From the NCBI GenBank assembly GCA_010093815.1, contig ML996581.1: a DNA stretch of 64,000 nucleotides. One strand, given 5' to 3'. Positions 12,261-25,700 of the stretch are shown piece by piece. This stretch comes from Pseudovirgaria hyperparasitica. Lineage: Eukaryota. Under the pieces are notes generated by a model. The model was not told the DNA's origin, searched no databases, and saw only the letters and a list, made by a program, of their open reading frames with translations. A program made the position numbers and the translations under genes. Position 1 is the stretch's first letter, and every line of letters starts with the position of its first letter.

Positions 12261-13971
12261 GACGGCATGAGTGACAGATGAAGCCGAAGAGAATCGGTGC
12301 TGGGAAAGAGCCATATATATAATGAGCGACCGTCAGCGTCATTTAGCAGGTACACCGCTTGAAACCTGCCATTAGTACCATCTGTACATTGTACAATATA
12401 GACTTTGTCGCTGGGTTTTACAAAAGCTCGATACATTCTACATATTCTTCACACTGTGCGCTTTGTGGCAAGCGCATTTGGCATCTACTTTGTCACCAAC
12501 ACGGGAACTGTTTCAGTCAATCTAAGGAGCAATACGAAAGGCCTTATACGAAGTAGGAATACTATCTGGATTTCACAAGCTAACAACATAACACGACTCG
12601 CGATCTCAAAATATCTCATATTCCAGACGGCTACAACTTTTCACTGCCTTCCGGTGCAGGCCGTTACACTGAAATCACTTGTTGTGGAAAGCGTTAAGCA
12701 GAATGCTCTTTGAACAGCCTTCCAAATTCCTCCCAGGACCATGCTTAGTTTGATTTACATTACTGCGAGTTTGGCGACTTGTACCATAATCATAATCATG
12801 AACCTTCGTCACCTGTCAGCCACTATGTCCGACATTGGTGTCTAGCTTGTTCAATAGACTGTCTTCAAGGACTTGGTGGGCTTCTCGCTGCACAATATTT
12901 TTGACTTTCGATCTGCCCACGGCATGGGTAATTTCTTTTTTCATTGCTATTATATCGTGATGAATGGGAGAACTGGTTCTGAAGAGAAGAATGCGAGGAT
13001 AAGTGCTGACGATATTATCACCAGTAGAACAGGCCACTGCTTTTATCGCCGGTACTGTTGTTGTGCAACATGCGCCACGGCTACATTGGCGGCTTTTGAC
13101 CTGCTACGGAACGCCTCTACTATGCAACGCACGATGTTCTGCCTGCTACAAACAACGGTTGGCGTACCGTAGTAGGGCTCACCCGTTCCTAGTATTCACT
13201 ACGGCCCTCAAATGGGAACCGAACTTGGGTCCGAACAAGTTCACCATTCGATACGACACTGTTCATGGACATTTTAGGGATATAAATTCAGTACTACATA
13301 ATTCAATGGATGGACGCAATGAGACTGAATCACTTCAGGCTACGTAAGTATCTCCAAGCATAAGGTGAACTAATATCGTAATCTCTGGTATCACTAGGTA
13401 GATAATTCTCTATGAACCGTGGTGATAGAGTGAATCTCTAAGAAGCGTCAGAGAACGCATTGCAATGCTACCTATAACAACAACCACCTCCATCTAAGTC
13501 ATGAGATGGACTAGAGGAGATTGCGATTATAGAACTCAACCTTCATAAAACTTAGATCTTCAATTAAGAATTAGTTCTCTTTTCATTATACATGAATGTG
13601 GTAACAGGAGAGGCTCGATATCCCCGACTGAGAAAAAGGGGTGCGGAGAATTTACGTCATATTCCTGTACGGTCGCCAAAGCATGAGCTATTCATTAGTC
13701 ATATATCATCTGGTATAGTTCACATAGATTGTTCAAACCTTATATATAGAGTCTGTGATCACAGATGTTTGTATTAAAAGGAGATCATTTGTTTACGAGC
13801 CCTCGGAGTTGTTGGCTAAATAAAGTTGGCGTAGTAAATGGACGTTTATGATTTGTTAGCGCGGTTAAACCTCGGTTTCCTTGTACCGCGACAGCATCAC
13901 CTCCACTTTGGAGCTACGTACTGGTCGAACAACGACGAGGACTACCAGCCGCGACACATACCTTTGCTGCA

Positions 13972-14665
13972 ATGCAGGCTCTACGACGAACTTCCTTTGC
14001 GACAGCGCGTGCTGCGAGGTTGCAATTGTCTCGCCAATGCCGTCGTTATGCCCACGATAGTCACCATCACGAAGAAGTCAGCGAGTCGTTCGGGGTACGT
14101 TTGATGAAATCCACTCCAATCTCGAATTGATAGCCTGATACCTTCATAGCTCAAGTTCTACATAGGCCTGGCCACTGTCCCCGGTCTTTATTTTCTGTAC
14201 ACATTCTCACAATCCGGGGCCGACGGCAGTGATCCTGCGCTGACCAGAATGATCGATTCCTGGACTACGAAAAGAGAAGAATGGGCAAGAATAAATACAC
14301 TGCACACAAACCTTGTTGAGCAGGCTGCAGCAGACCGTCATTTGTTTCTCGGGCAGAAACCAAACACAAATATCGACCTGAAGACACCAGAGTACGTGTG
14401 CCCATTTACACCTTGAACATTCGGACCTGAACACGGCAACCATAATTGAACTTCCAAACTTATTAATCAATACAGGATGATTCACGCTCACTCCGAATGC
14501 AACATACCGGCTGGCGGAATTCTCGACATAAGTAAGACCGTCGCTAAATACACCAAGGAAAACTATGAGGCCCAGGAAAAGAAGCTGCAACAATTGAGGG
14601 ACGGAACTTTGGCAGCAGAGCAACCAATCAGCACAAAGCCACGGTCGACCTCCAATAATCCCTAA
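13972..14665 (+). CDS. NADH:ubiquinone oxidoreductase 17.8-kDa accessory subunit (complex I, NUO-17.8-like)
   Basis: Three exons 13972-14094, 14150-14391, 14476-14665 with canonical GTACGT..AG introns. Arg-rich presequence MQALRRTSFATARAARLQLSRQCRRYA, then HHHEEVSESFG, single TM (FYIGLATVPGLYFLY), NTLHTNLVEQAAADRHLF, NIPAG. Recognised from recalled fungal homologues. Confidence 0.8.
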
Positions 14666-14836
14666 CAGTCGAGTTCAACACGGCATTCACTTTGTGAAGA
14701 GGGTAGAACATCTCTAGCCTAAGTCGCCAAGGGTTTGTATATAATCAACATAGCATCGAATTCAAAACATCAACATAAAGCTCATCATAATATCCGGTGT
14801 AGTGTGGTCTTACACAACCATGTTTCTCACCTTCTA

Positions 14837-15202
14837 TTACATACCACCCATCTGCATCCCGCCTCTTCCCATTCCGAACTTGGTCCGATTCCCCAATTCG
14901 AGTCTATCATACTCATGTTTCCTCTCTTCTTTCTTTTGTTCCTTCTCACGCAGTTTCTCAAATTCAGCTTCGTCACTGGGTAGAGCTTGGTGCTTTTTAC
15001 CCTTCCCGCCGAGCTTCGCTTTTACTTCTCCGAACAATGGAGACATTTCAGAAGGAGACTTGAGTGGCCTTGGTCTGTCAGCGGACTGGGTCTACTGCTA
15101 GATAAAAGCCGGGATATACCTTTCTTGCTGGTTCTGCTGTCGAGCCTGAGGTGTGTCTTGGGAGGATTGAGGCTGTTGGTGTTTTGAACTGATCTGTGCC
15201 AT
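14837..15202 (-). CDS. Small hypothetical protein (about 104 aa), Gln-rich N-terminus and Lys/Glu coiled coil
   Basis: ATG 15202 (MAQISSKHQQPQSSQ..); intron 15069-15119 (GTATAT..GCTGAC..AAG) joins in frame to the 14837..15046 ORF (..EFEKLREKEQKKEERKHEYDRLELG..GGM*). Confidence 0.6.
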
Positions 15203-16864
15203 ATACCCCTAGGTGCTAAAGCTTCTTCTGATAGGCTTGTGGCTGCGCGTAGTACTCCCGTTGAAACTGCTGCTGGATCACCGGAGACGACTGTTCGGTA
15301 CAATTTCTCCCAGTCCTGTATTCGTCGCTATATGTCTTCTCCGAATTTCAGCATACGGGTGGGCAGCGACATTATTTATACATAATTTTGTTGTCCCAGA
15401 GTCTATATAAACCCCAGCAGTCTGCTCAGTCTAGCCTGGGATTGTCCCTGCGGTGACGATATTATGTCCCGTGCAGAGACACCGTCGTCCGTTTGATGTT
15501 TCGTGCTTGATAGGAACGCGTGGTGCGCATCTACCTAGCGATGCGGTCACTGGGAACGCATGCGGGTGACGTGTTAGTCAGTCCGTTCGTGGTGCGTAAT
15601 ACGGCCTGGGGGCCTTGCGGATCAAGAGACGGAGCGATGTGTCGGTCGCATGGGTTCAGAAGTACGGATAGTTGATTTGAACGCGGCAACGATAAGAGAG
15701 CGCGTTGAAAGTGGTTGTGATGAGACAATAAGATTATTAGGTTCTAGCATACGTGTAAAAATGACACTGCCTATTGCATTGCGCAGTAGTGAAAGGCTAC
15801 AGGAGGGGGCAGAGTCGTCTATAATCCATCGCAGTAGAATTATCTGAATCTATAGGCCTATCTAAACTCGGAGTTGTAAGCGTATTTAGAATTAGTTCTC
15901 TCCTACTAGGACTGAGATTGAGGATTTTGAGGATCCAAGGCATCAGGATGATTAATGCTTCTATCGAGAATATACAGCTACAATCAGAACATGAACGTGA
16001 TGCAGACGAAGTGTTACGTAGACACGGTAAGCTGACTGACGGACGTAGACGGAACACGGACCTGACAGTTCTGCTTGTTGGTGCCTCAACCGTCAATCCG
16101 CCTTATGTACATGCGGCACGAGTCGTTGATGGACCACGGTGTTACATCAATACCTACATGTCTGATAATTGGTGTGTTCATCGAATACCTCGACATGATA
16201 AGTTTGCTCCTTTGACGGGCCTTACAGTGAGAGAGACGCGTAATCGCATGGTAACCTGTTGCCCGCGCACCATGGTCGGTTTGGTGTGTGGTACGGACGC
16301 TATTTTGTGCGATCACCCTTTTCGGACAGCGAACATGCACAGGTACGGTACAGCGGTGCCAATATCCTCAAGCTATCAAGCTGGAGCATACATACCTAGC
16401 GGTGCTCGAAAGTGATAGTGACCAGTTTGTACTCGTTGCGTGGCATTAACGCGAATACCCGGACACCGGTCCGTTCTAGAGCGGCAGAACAATGCGGCAA
16501 ACTGTCAGCATACTGGACAATGGAAATTCCAGTCAATACCGCAGACCACCACTGTACAGTAAACGAACTCGCATCAAATGGCTCGGGGTACAGGTATGGT
16601 TGTAAAGGTTTGTCATTTGCCCTCTGAAACTTGTGCCTGGAGCTGAATCCCTGGTATATCTCAACTTAATGGTATCGCTTGGACGGATTTCATCAATGAA
16701 AGTAGATTCGACTGGAAGACAACAATGGTTGACAATAATGTTCGATGCGTCCTCCCAAAGAAGCTTCCAACTCCTTTCACTATGCGCTCTATATGATTGC
16801 GATTGGTCGTGACGGTCATATCCCAGCGCCTGTGTTCCTCTTGAACAAAATTCGTATATATGAA

Positions 16865-17899
16865 TCACCTTTTTGACTTTCCCTTGCTCTTGCTCGAGCT
16901 CTTGGTAATCCCATGGCTAGTCGGGTTATTGCTTTCTTTCTGAAGTCTGTCGAGATTCATAGTCCAGTTCATCTTGTCCTTCGTTTCCTGCATCTCCCGG
17001 ACAAGGCGTTCTCCATTCTGGACTCGTTCATGGGTAGCGTTGCGGAAGTCTTCCGCTTCCTTTGACAGTCTCTCCACCATGGTTTCATGCTCAGCCTTGT
17101 ATGTATTCAAGAGGGAGCCCATCTTGTGGACAATCTCGTCGCTATTATTGATTTCGCGTCTCCCTTGATCAGTCGACACCTCGAGCGCCATAATACGCTT
17201 CCTGTTCTCTTGCTCACGCTTCGTTATCGCACCAAGGTCCTTGGTCATGTTATGGACCTGGCGCTCGTAGCGTGTCTGCATTCTATGCAAGCCATCTTTT
17301 AAAGCATCCGCGTTCGCCTTCTCCCGTATCTCCCTTGTATGCGCTTCAGACACCGCTTGGTTCTTTTCTGCATGAGTGTTGTCTAGTTCAGTAGCCATTT
17401 GCTGTTCCCTCACTTCTGCTGCTTGCCGTCTTGTAACTTCTGCGTCTAATGCAGCTTTTAGTTCATCGATCTTGCGATTCTTTCGCTCTATCGCACGAGT
17501 ATTGGTGGTATGTAACATCTCTAGCCGCTCGTTCTCCGCCCGAAACTTCGCCTCTATGCCTTTTGTGGTACTCAAGCTCTTTTGTGCCTCCTCTTTAGCT
17601 GATCGCTCGACATTGTAATCCCGCCGCAGTGATGCATTCTCGTTTTGTAGCCGCTCAATGAATTTCCCTGATTTTCCACTGGCTCCGATGGTCACAGGCG
17701 GACCCCATGGCGCGTTTGGTGAAGAAAGGCCATTGGATAGAGGCGACAGAGTAGCAGAGGGTGAGTTGGCATTCGGGGTGGCCTGCGGCGAAGGCTGTGT
17801 AGGTCCAGAGACTTTTCGCAACGCTGTAGTCATATTATAGTGGTTTCCAGGCGGCGAGGGAGACGCTGGAGGACTATCTTCAGGCCAGTTGCCCGTCAT
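16865..17899 (-). CDS. Long coiled-coil protein (resembles fungal proteins annotated She3/'mother-specific HO expression'-like)
   Basis: Intronless ORF from ATG 17899; Pro/Ser-rich N-terminus, SGKSGKFIERLQ motif followed by more than 200 aa of heptad repeats. The family label is from memory and uncertain. Confidence 0.75.
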   Translation of the reverse strand: MTGNWPEDSPPASPSPPGNHYNMTTALRKVSGPTQPSPQATPNANSPSATLSPLSNGLSSPNAPWGPPVTIGASGKSGKFIERLQNENASLRRDYNVERSAKEEAQKSLSTTKGIEAKFRAENERLEMLHTTNTRAIERKNRKIDELKAALDAEVTRRQAAEVREQQMATELDNTHAEKNQAVSEAHTREIREKANADALKDGLHRMQTRYERQVHNMTKDLGAITKREQENRKRIMALEVSTDQGRREINNSDEIVHKMGSLLNTYKAEHETMVERLSKEAEDFRNATHERVQNGERLVREMQETKDKMNWTMNLDRLQKESNNPTSHGITKSSSKSKGKSKR

Positions 17900-19646
17900 A
17901 GTATTACTTTGGAGGTCATCCAGGAAGCACGATAGCCCCTGCTTACGGCGGATCGAGGTTTCAGGAAAGAGCGGTCGGGAAACCAAGGTTGACTGGAACA
18001 GAATAGGAGTATTAAGTGATCGGAGCTGAGGTTATGTCGGTGATTTTCGAGAAAAATAATAGACCAGGATTAGGTCATGTAGTCATTCTGCAAGTCCTGA
18101 CCGCCAGCATGGATAGCCTGTTAAGTTGGGTCGCTGCTGGAGACGGTCGGTGGTACGTGTTTTGGCGGGCACCCATTTCCGTTTTCCCCGACAACGTGTT
18201 ATTTTGCAACACAGGCGGCTAGCGTGCCCCTGTAATTGCATTCCTGGGCCGTCTGTTACTAACATCGCGTTCTTAAGCTTTATCCGGCATGCTAATTCCA
18301 TTCTCGAAGACTGCCTCATGCTGCTCGCAGCATTTGCAATGTCCCATATCCATGAAGCATACTCATGTATTTGTCTTCCCAAGGTCAGGTGTGATGTCGT
18401 TCAATATAACACGTCTCGTACAGGCTCAACCGCTTGCATGAGGATTACTGTATGTCGTGCGACGATCCATATACGCAGTAGACAGATAGCTAATCAAAGA
18501 AGCTGTATATCTCCTGAAAACGAGACAGAGTTTGCCGCAGAGCCCCTAGATGTCGAAACTTATGTATAATGGATGGAACAAAGCTGAATGATGTTGGCTT
18601 CATGATTATGGTATAAATCTAAATTAGTAGTAGGAGTACGATTCAGCCTATAGTTACTGGGTTTTGAGTGACAGAACCTGTAATCTCGTTGACACTACTC
18701 AACTAAAGCCGCATTAGACCATAAGTAGCCACCTAAAAATTATGTAGCCGTCACCGAGATAGCTCTTCGTTGTTCTATATAGGCTAAAAGCATTAAATGA
18801 TCAGTCTACGCACGGATACCCCACGATACATAGATGGGTACAATTGATATTTTTAGTAGAGCATCCCCTCAACCTCAACATAGAGCCAATGGCATACATG
18901 ATATGTGTACGCGTAGCTCACAAGACAATAACATCTACCACCATCGTAAGCTTTCATAGTCTCTCAATCTCCGCAGAATTACAGGCTGCATTAGCCGACG
19001 ACCCCCTTTCGTGCTCATGCGCCAAGTCGGAAACGACGGTTCTCATCGGCATCTTTTCCGACGAAATTCGATGGGTACGGCCTAAATGAATTTCCTTCTC
19101 TGATAGCACCGGGCGAATGACGTGCCGGCTTCATCTGAGAGGCAGCTTGAATTTTCCCTACCATGCAGACTTGGTACAATCTTGTCTCAACCAAAACTGT
19201 ACATATTGCACTTCGTCATGATTGGCCTATCACTTCAGAATGATGCGTCTGTTCTGTTGACTTGACGCGAGAAGAAGCTTGCTGGCCAGGTACTAGCGCC
19301 GGACAGCAATGGCGGGGCAGCAATGAGCTACAAGTACTCAAACGTCACGCCCATATATGCTGGCTTCAAGCCTGTAACCCAACTGGAATTTCAGTCCTGA
19401 ATTATCTCACAGTCAAACCGTAAGTAAGAAAATTCTACAGCTTTATAACGATTCATATTGTCAAGCTATCGCGAAGGCTTCCAATATACCTTGTACTCCT
19501 TACTGGTCTCCTTAAGATATTACCAAGCCTAAGGTGCCTGTGAACCATCTTTCAGTTTACCTTAACAAACATTCATACATTCCCCTTCCAAATACAGACT
19601 GACACGTCTTAGGCGTGACCTTTCAACTTGCAAAACATTCTACAAC

Positions 19647-20667
19647 ATGTCTTACAACGACAATGACAACAACAACTATGGAGGCCGCCAAGGAGGTGGC
19701 CACAGCGAAGGTCGCCAAAACGAGTACGGCGACCGTCGTAACGAAGACAGCTATGGTGGAGGTCGTCAAGAAGAGGGATTTGGTGGTGGCAGAGATGACC
19801 GCCAGGACTATGGAGGTGGTAATTTCCGTGGCGCCGGTGCAGGAGGTCGTGGCCAGGCTGATGACTTCGAACCTCCACGTCAAGGCGGGCGCCAGGGCCA
19901 GAATGATCTCTATGGCGGTAAGCATATTAAATATTCCCTACTGCTACTAATATAGCGGGCACTGACTCGAAGATGAACAGGTGGGGGTCAATCTGGAGAT
20001 AACTACTACGACTCGTCCAAGCGCTTCGACGACAACAGCTCTGGGCGTCACAATGAAGGACCCATGGGTTCTAACTCTGGCACATCATACAGCGGAGGTG
20101 GATATGGAGGTGACAACAATGAGGAGTACTCCGGTGCTGCACACCAAGCCTCTCAGCACGCTGGAGATTCTGGTGACAGCAGTCTCTTCAGCTCTGCACT
20201 AGGCATGCTATCTGGAAAGAAGCAGCAGCTTCAGAATGAGGACGTGGATGAAGACGATGCTGTGAGGCAGCACCAGAACTTTTACGGACAGGGTAATGGC
20301 AATCAACAAGCTAGTGCTGGTAACTTGGGTGCTGCAGCTGCAATGCAGGCATTGAAGATGTACAATGGTGGACAAGGACAAAGTGGCCATGGCTCGAGCT
20401 CGCAGAGCAACTTCATCGGTATGGCTATGGGACAAGCGGCGAAGCTGTTCGATCAACAGAGTGCTCAGGGCAATACGGTACGTATACCTTATGGTTCGTC
20501 AGGGATGGTACTAATCATACACATAGCACCCGCAAGCCACCAAACAGGATGCTGTCGCTCAAGCTGCTCAAATGGCGTTGAAGTTCTACATGAAGTCTGA
20601 GATGGGTGGCTCCGGAGGTAGCTCTGGCAGCGGTCTGTTGGGCCTCGCAAGCAAATTCCTCAAATAG
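19647..20667 (+). CDS. Gly/Asn/Tyr-rich low-complexity protein with conserved C-terminal domain ('beta-flanking protein'-like)
   Basis: Introns 19918-19980 and 20478-20526; C-terminal motifs LGAAAAMQALKMY, FIGMAMGQAAKLFDQQ, KQDAVAQAAQMALKFYMK, GLLGLASKFLK*. Confidence 0.85.
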
Positions 20668-21200
20668 CCTGGTGTATAGATCAGTACTACCTGCGAGTAG
20701 ACACCACTAACGTGCACAGCAATCAGGATTATGGTACTCATAATAATGAGGACCCGACTACCATCGTTTTCTGTGCATACTGGCGGGTTCCACTTGTGTA
20801 ACATACAACTCCGTAGAACCACACAAGTACACCGTCTGGTGTTGAGGTGCCTACGTAGATCTTTCATCGACATAGAGGGAAGCATATCAAGTCAACCGAT
20901 ACCCATCATGCACATGTAGGCGAACCATACCTACGAATTGAACAAGCGCACAAAAGGCTGTTGCATGACGAGGTATGGATAGTCCGATAGTAAGAAGTTT
21001 GGCCTCGGCTTCACTTAAGTCACGGGCCGGAATCCAAAAGCCGAAGCATCAACTCAAAGCCCGAAGATTCCCACTAAGCTAAAAACGGCGATTCCTGCGA
21101 TACGAGAATCCTCACCTAAACATCTAAAACCGGACTCTGGTTTAAGTATATAATCAAGCACGTCGGAGAGCTTCGTTAATACACCTTCCAATCCTCAAAT

Positions 21201-21263
21201 CCATCAATTCCTACTCACCATATCAGCCCATCAATTCCTACTCACAATATCAGCCCATCAATA
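21201..21263. repeat. 27-bp tandem repeat (about 2.3 copies) upstream of the DUF1772 gene
   Basis: CCATCAATTCCTACTCACCATATCAGC / CCATCAATTCCTACTCACAATATCAGC / CCATCAATA; one mismatch between the full copies. Confidence 0.9.
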
Positions 21264-21399
21264 CCTGGCCGATATCGCATCCGAGTATCCAACAATCCAA
21301 CAACAACCATCCACAATCCAACATCAAACAACACGTGATATTAGTTTGCATAAAGCCATCTCAGCACCTCTCAGCATCACACGCCAGACTCAGCAAACC

Positions 21400-22006
21400 A
21401 TGTCTTCCCTCGCTCTCCAACAAGACATAGGCCTCGCCACATTGCGCCTCGCAACTCTCACTGGCTCTGCCTTCCTCTCTGGTCAGTTCGACTTGCAGCT
21501 CCATGATCCCCCTTTCCCACACTCCACTCACCCCTATCACAGGTTTCATATTTTCGTTCAGTTGGTACGGTATTCAGTCCGTCTCTTACCTCGCCCCGCC
21601 TGAGCTGCTCACCCAGCAATGGCGCCGCATGTACTCAATCGGTGCCTCCACTGCCCCTGTGCTCGCACTCGCTTGCGCTGGCGGCTTCGGCGCCCTTAGC
21701 TATGCCTCGCGCCAGCTGGGAAATACTACTAGACTTGTCACGCCTAGCATGCTTTATGGCGCGGCGGCGGTCTTGGTCCCTACGATTGCGCCCTATACGA
21801 TTCTAGTGATGCGACCTGGGGCCAATGACGAATTGATTGGCATGGCGGAGAAGGCGGAGCGCGGCGCGAAGGGAGACGGTGTAGGAAGTGAGGAGAGGAT
21901 AGGAGAGTTGTTGGCGAATTGGAAGAGGATGAATTTTGTGCGAGCGGTAACGGTAGCTGCGGGTACAGTTTTGGGAGGGCTTGCAACAGTTATGTTGGGG
22001 CTTTAG
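21400..22006 (+). CDS. DUF1772 / anthrone oxygenase-like membrane protein
   Basis: ATG 21400; intron 21482-21542; four hydrophobic helices; QQWRRMYSIG, IAPYTILVMRPGANDEL, ELLANWKRMNFVRA motifs. Confidence 0.85.
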
Positions 22007-22744
22007 GGGAGCAGGGTCTGGGTTCTGCGTATTGATTGGTTTCTATTCTTGACGGAGTTCTGCACACGAAGGATATACATCTGCAACACGAAATAGTCAT
22101 TGAGCAAGGTATACTAGGCATTGTTATTTCAAAAATTCATAATATTGACGTAATAGCGGCTATGTTATGCAGGTCCCCCGATGTGAGATGCATTGTCAGG
22201 TAAACGAGGAACGGAAAACCCCTTAAACCTCCTACATGAGTTTATACGTACTACCCTTTTCAGAGAAGATGCAGTGGCCATCTTGCTCTTGTCGTAATAT
22301 GTCTTGCTATGATTATAGAATTAAGCCACAAACATGAACATACTATAGATAAAAGGATGTCACAGACGCGTTTTCTTGCATAGCTATGCTCAATACTACG
22401 CTTCGACAATATCGACTAACATTTCGACTAGCAATTCATGCTTGGAGGAATAAGTATAGTAAACGAAGAGAGAAACATTACGAGATGTCTACGGAGACGA
22501 CACGCTGTCCTTTGGAACGACTTTCAGCAACGTCAGGGTACATTACTGCATATAATCGTTATCGGGTCATATGAAAATAGCCTATAAGATATGATGGTCC
22601 TGTGGTATCTGGAACGGGCCAGTTCAATCGCCAAACTCCGCGCTTACCAAAATTGATGTACAAGACTTGTGATCAAACACGGTGATCTCATCCAATTGTA
22701 ACAGTCCACTTAAGAACGTGCGAAAGAAAGCAATGACGCAGATA

Positions 22745-25700
22745 CTAAGGATGCTCTACAAAAGAGGCCGGTGTGGCCGCAGGTTCCGGTTTTACTTGTA
22801 ATTCTGGTTCGTAGGACATTCCGTCCCTCTCTGGTGGAACAAAAGGCCGTCTCTCTGGAGGGTAACCATATCCAGGTACAGGAACAGGTGCGGGTTCGTA
22901 ATATATGTGCTCCTGTCTATGACCTCGCTCATAAGGGAGGTATTCGTAGCGAGAGTCACTGACATATCGGTGATTACGGGGTGCGTAGTGAGGTTCATGA
23001 ACAGGAATCATCTGCACTCGACGACCATACTCATCGAGATACGTGGTGGGTGCTGGCTCGGCGTAACGATATCGCCGCAGAGGTGGTGCAGGAGAATAGT
23101 TGTCCTCAAACATAGGCGTTGGCTCATGAGGTGAGACTTGTGTTGATCTATCCGGATTGATACTGTGCTCTCGAAAACTCTCTGGCATTTCTGACACTCT
23201 GCGTGAAGGTGATTGTGATCGCTCGATTTGTCGTCTTGTAGCTTCGTACCGCTCATATCTGCTCTGTGGTCGTGGGGGACGAGCCGGAGGACCAGGCTCT
23301 TCGCGCTCTCGATAAACACGCATATAACGAGCATACCGAGATGCGGGGACAGGTTCCACGTAGCGTTCCCGACGACGGTATGCCGGTGGTCTTGGTCGGT
23401 ATTCTCCGCGCAGGTCTGGTGACCTTCCACGTCCACCTGTATGAAAGTCTTCCGATCTCCGGCCACGTACGTGTGATGAAGCTGTTGATGCGCCAGTATG
23501 CGTCGCAGGCAGGCCGTCACGATAGATGCGAGCCTCCCTGGGACTGAAGCTGTTCTCCGGTTCTTCTGGTCTACGCTCAGTTTCCCATTGGGCGCGGAGC
23601 GCTTCCTCCCGGGCCTGATCTCGTTCTTCCGCCTGACTTTTATATAGCTCCAGGTCGTCACGGGAATTGAGAAGATCGTTTAAAAATCTGTCCGCTTCGC
23701 CTTCGGGTCCTTCAGCTCCTTCGGGTGAAGTTGGTCCTTTGTTTGCAGCAGTTTCCTTGGCTAACTCTGCGGCAGCGGTCTCGTCCATATCCAGAACATT
23801 CGGGCGTATGTACGATTGTCCGGACGGAAGCCGACGGTCTGGGACTGGTTCAGCAATTGGTTTCGGAGAATGAGACCGCTCATGGTCCCTCGGTGCGTAT
23901 TGACGGTCTTGACGAACGCGACGCCCCGCACTTCCAGTCCGCACGGGGATCCAAGGATCCTCTTCCGTATAGTATCCACGACGAGAGGTATATTCGTCCT
24001 CGTATGACCCCCTTGGAACCTTTGCATATAAGATCAGTCTTCATGCAGTATCTGAGGCGCGGGAGAATCAAACTTACGTAGTAAACAGGCTCTCGAAAGT
24101 CCTCTTCTCCAGGGACCATATATGGACGTCTTCGGGCATGGGAACGCACATAGGAACGAGCATTTTGGTCCATGGCAGGCCGACGAGGATCATATTCGTC
24201 GGGACCAAACTGTGGAGATCCAGATTGCGGAGAGTAATCCTCACCAGAACCCCCGGAAGCGGGTGCTATAAGTCTTACCGGACGACGCTGTGCCATGTTA
24301 TCATCCTCAACGGTAGAAACTGTCATTGTTTGACGAGCAGAAGGCTCGCCGGGTGCACTCGTCGACACCTTTGGCTGATCCATAGTGAAGAGTTTAGGAA
24401 AGACCTCTCGGATGAGCTTAATCTTTGTGTCGTCCATTCCTTCCGCTTGCGCCAGGTCTACAATGAAATTTTCGCGTGGCAAGAAGACAAAATTCATTAT
24501 CCAGTCTGGCTGACTGGAAGCTCCCTCGGAGCCATGGTCCGACGATCTGCTCCGGTAATGCTCATGCTTATAATGATATGCCAGCGATAAAACATTGAAC
24601 CCGATGCTGTCATCAAAGATAGGGAAACCTCGCGGATTGGTACGTGCGACATTCACATCTGGGCAGGACTTGCACTGTAGGCCTCCAGAGTGCTTGTGCG
24701 GGGTAAGTAGAGGATTCCGCTCCAATGCCTCAACGAATAGATCAATACTAGGCCAGTGACCGTTACGTTTTTGAAAGGATAAAGAAGCAACATTGATGGT
24801 AACGTACAGCCTCACGGAGTTTGGTAGATCTCCAACACCGGATAGTGTGGACCAGACATCAATGAAGGTCCGAGCAAAGACGCTTACCTGTTCATCAGAG
24901 ATATTTTCCACCACGGCATGTACCTGAGGAGAGCCTGGTGTTTTAGCTGGGACGTTCTGCACACTCTGGGGAGGTTGAGCCTGGGGCGAGCTAGACCTGT
25001 TCGATGCATTGCTAGTGAGAATCCCGTTATCATTAACTTGAGAAGGGCTATAAGTTAATTGGTCCGGAGGCCTGGTGGATCCGTGGAATGGAGATGGCCC
25101 CTGTTGCATAGGAGGAGATCCAGGGTAGTACTGTCCTGACGGTCCAACGCCAAGGGACATCTGTTGCATAGTGTGAGTATCATATCTGTAGCCTGGAATT
25201 ATAGGTTGTCCTGGAGGTGGCTGGAATGGTCCATACATTCCATTTTGGCCATAGCCCGACATAGGACTGGCCTGGGATAGGGGTCTTGGCATATGCGCGA
25301 ACATCTGGGGTGTAATACTTGCTCCTCTGGACGCCGCAGGAAAGTTCGAAACGAATTGCTGAGAGACCTTCGCGGCGGAGGGATCCGGTATGAAAGGAGA
25401 TTCCTCTGGCCACTCAGCTTCCTTCCAGGCGACAACAACATTGCCAACACTCAATGTGCTAGTGTGTTTTGCGGCGTAATGTTGTATTACACCCTCAAAG
25501 CCATAGTGTTTATAATTTCCTTCACATCCGTTACATAAAAAAAGTTCTTTTCGAAACTTGTCGGTAATGTGTTTAACCTTATGATCGAAGACCCATTTCA
25601 TATTCTCGAGAATGAGCTTACGCCGTGATAAGTTAGTATCATTTGACTCTGTCTCAGATGCTGTGTGAGGCTCTTCGCTCTCCTCAACAAAACGATTGCG

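Noticed and set aside
13567..15901. Identical 14-mer AGAATTAGTTCTCT at 13567 and 15888, both in TA-rich patches
   Set aside because: Flanks do not align and I found no TIR/TSD structure; a few 14-bp matches are expected by chance in 64 kb.
15918..16415. 165-aa plus-strand ORF
   Set aside because: Non-ATG start, no motifs, composition unlike the real genes here.
997..22006. 2OG dioxygenase and DUF1772 as a possible secondary-metabolite cluster
   Set aside because: They are about 19 kb apart, separated by housekeeping genes, with no PKS, NRPS or terpene synthase in the window.
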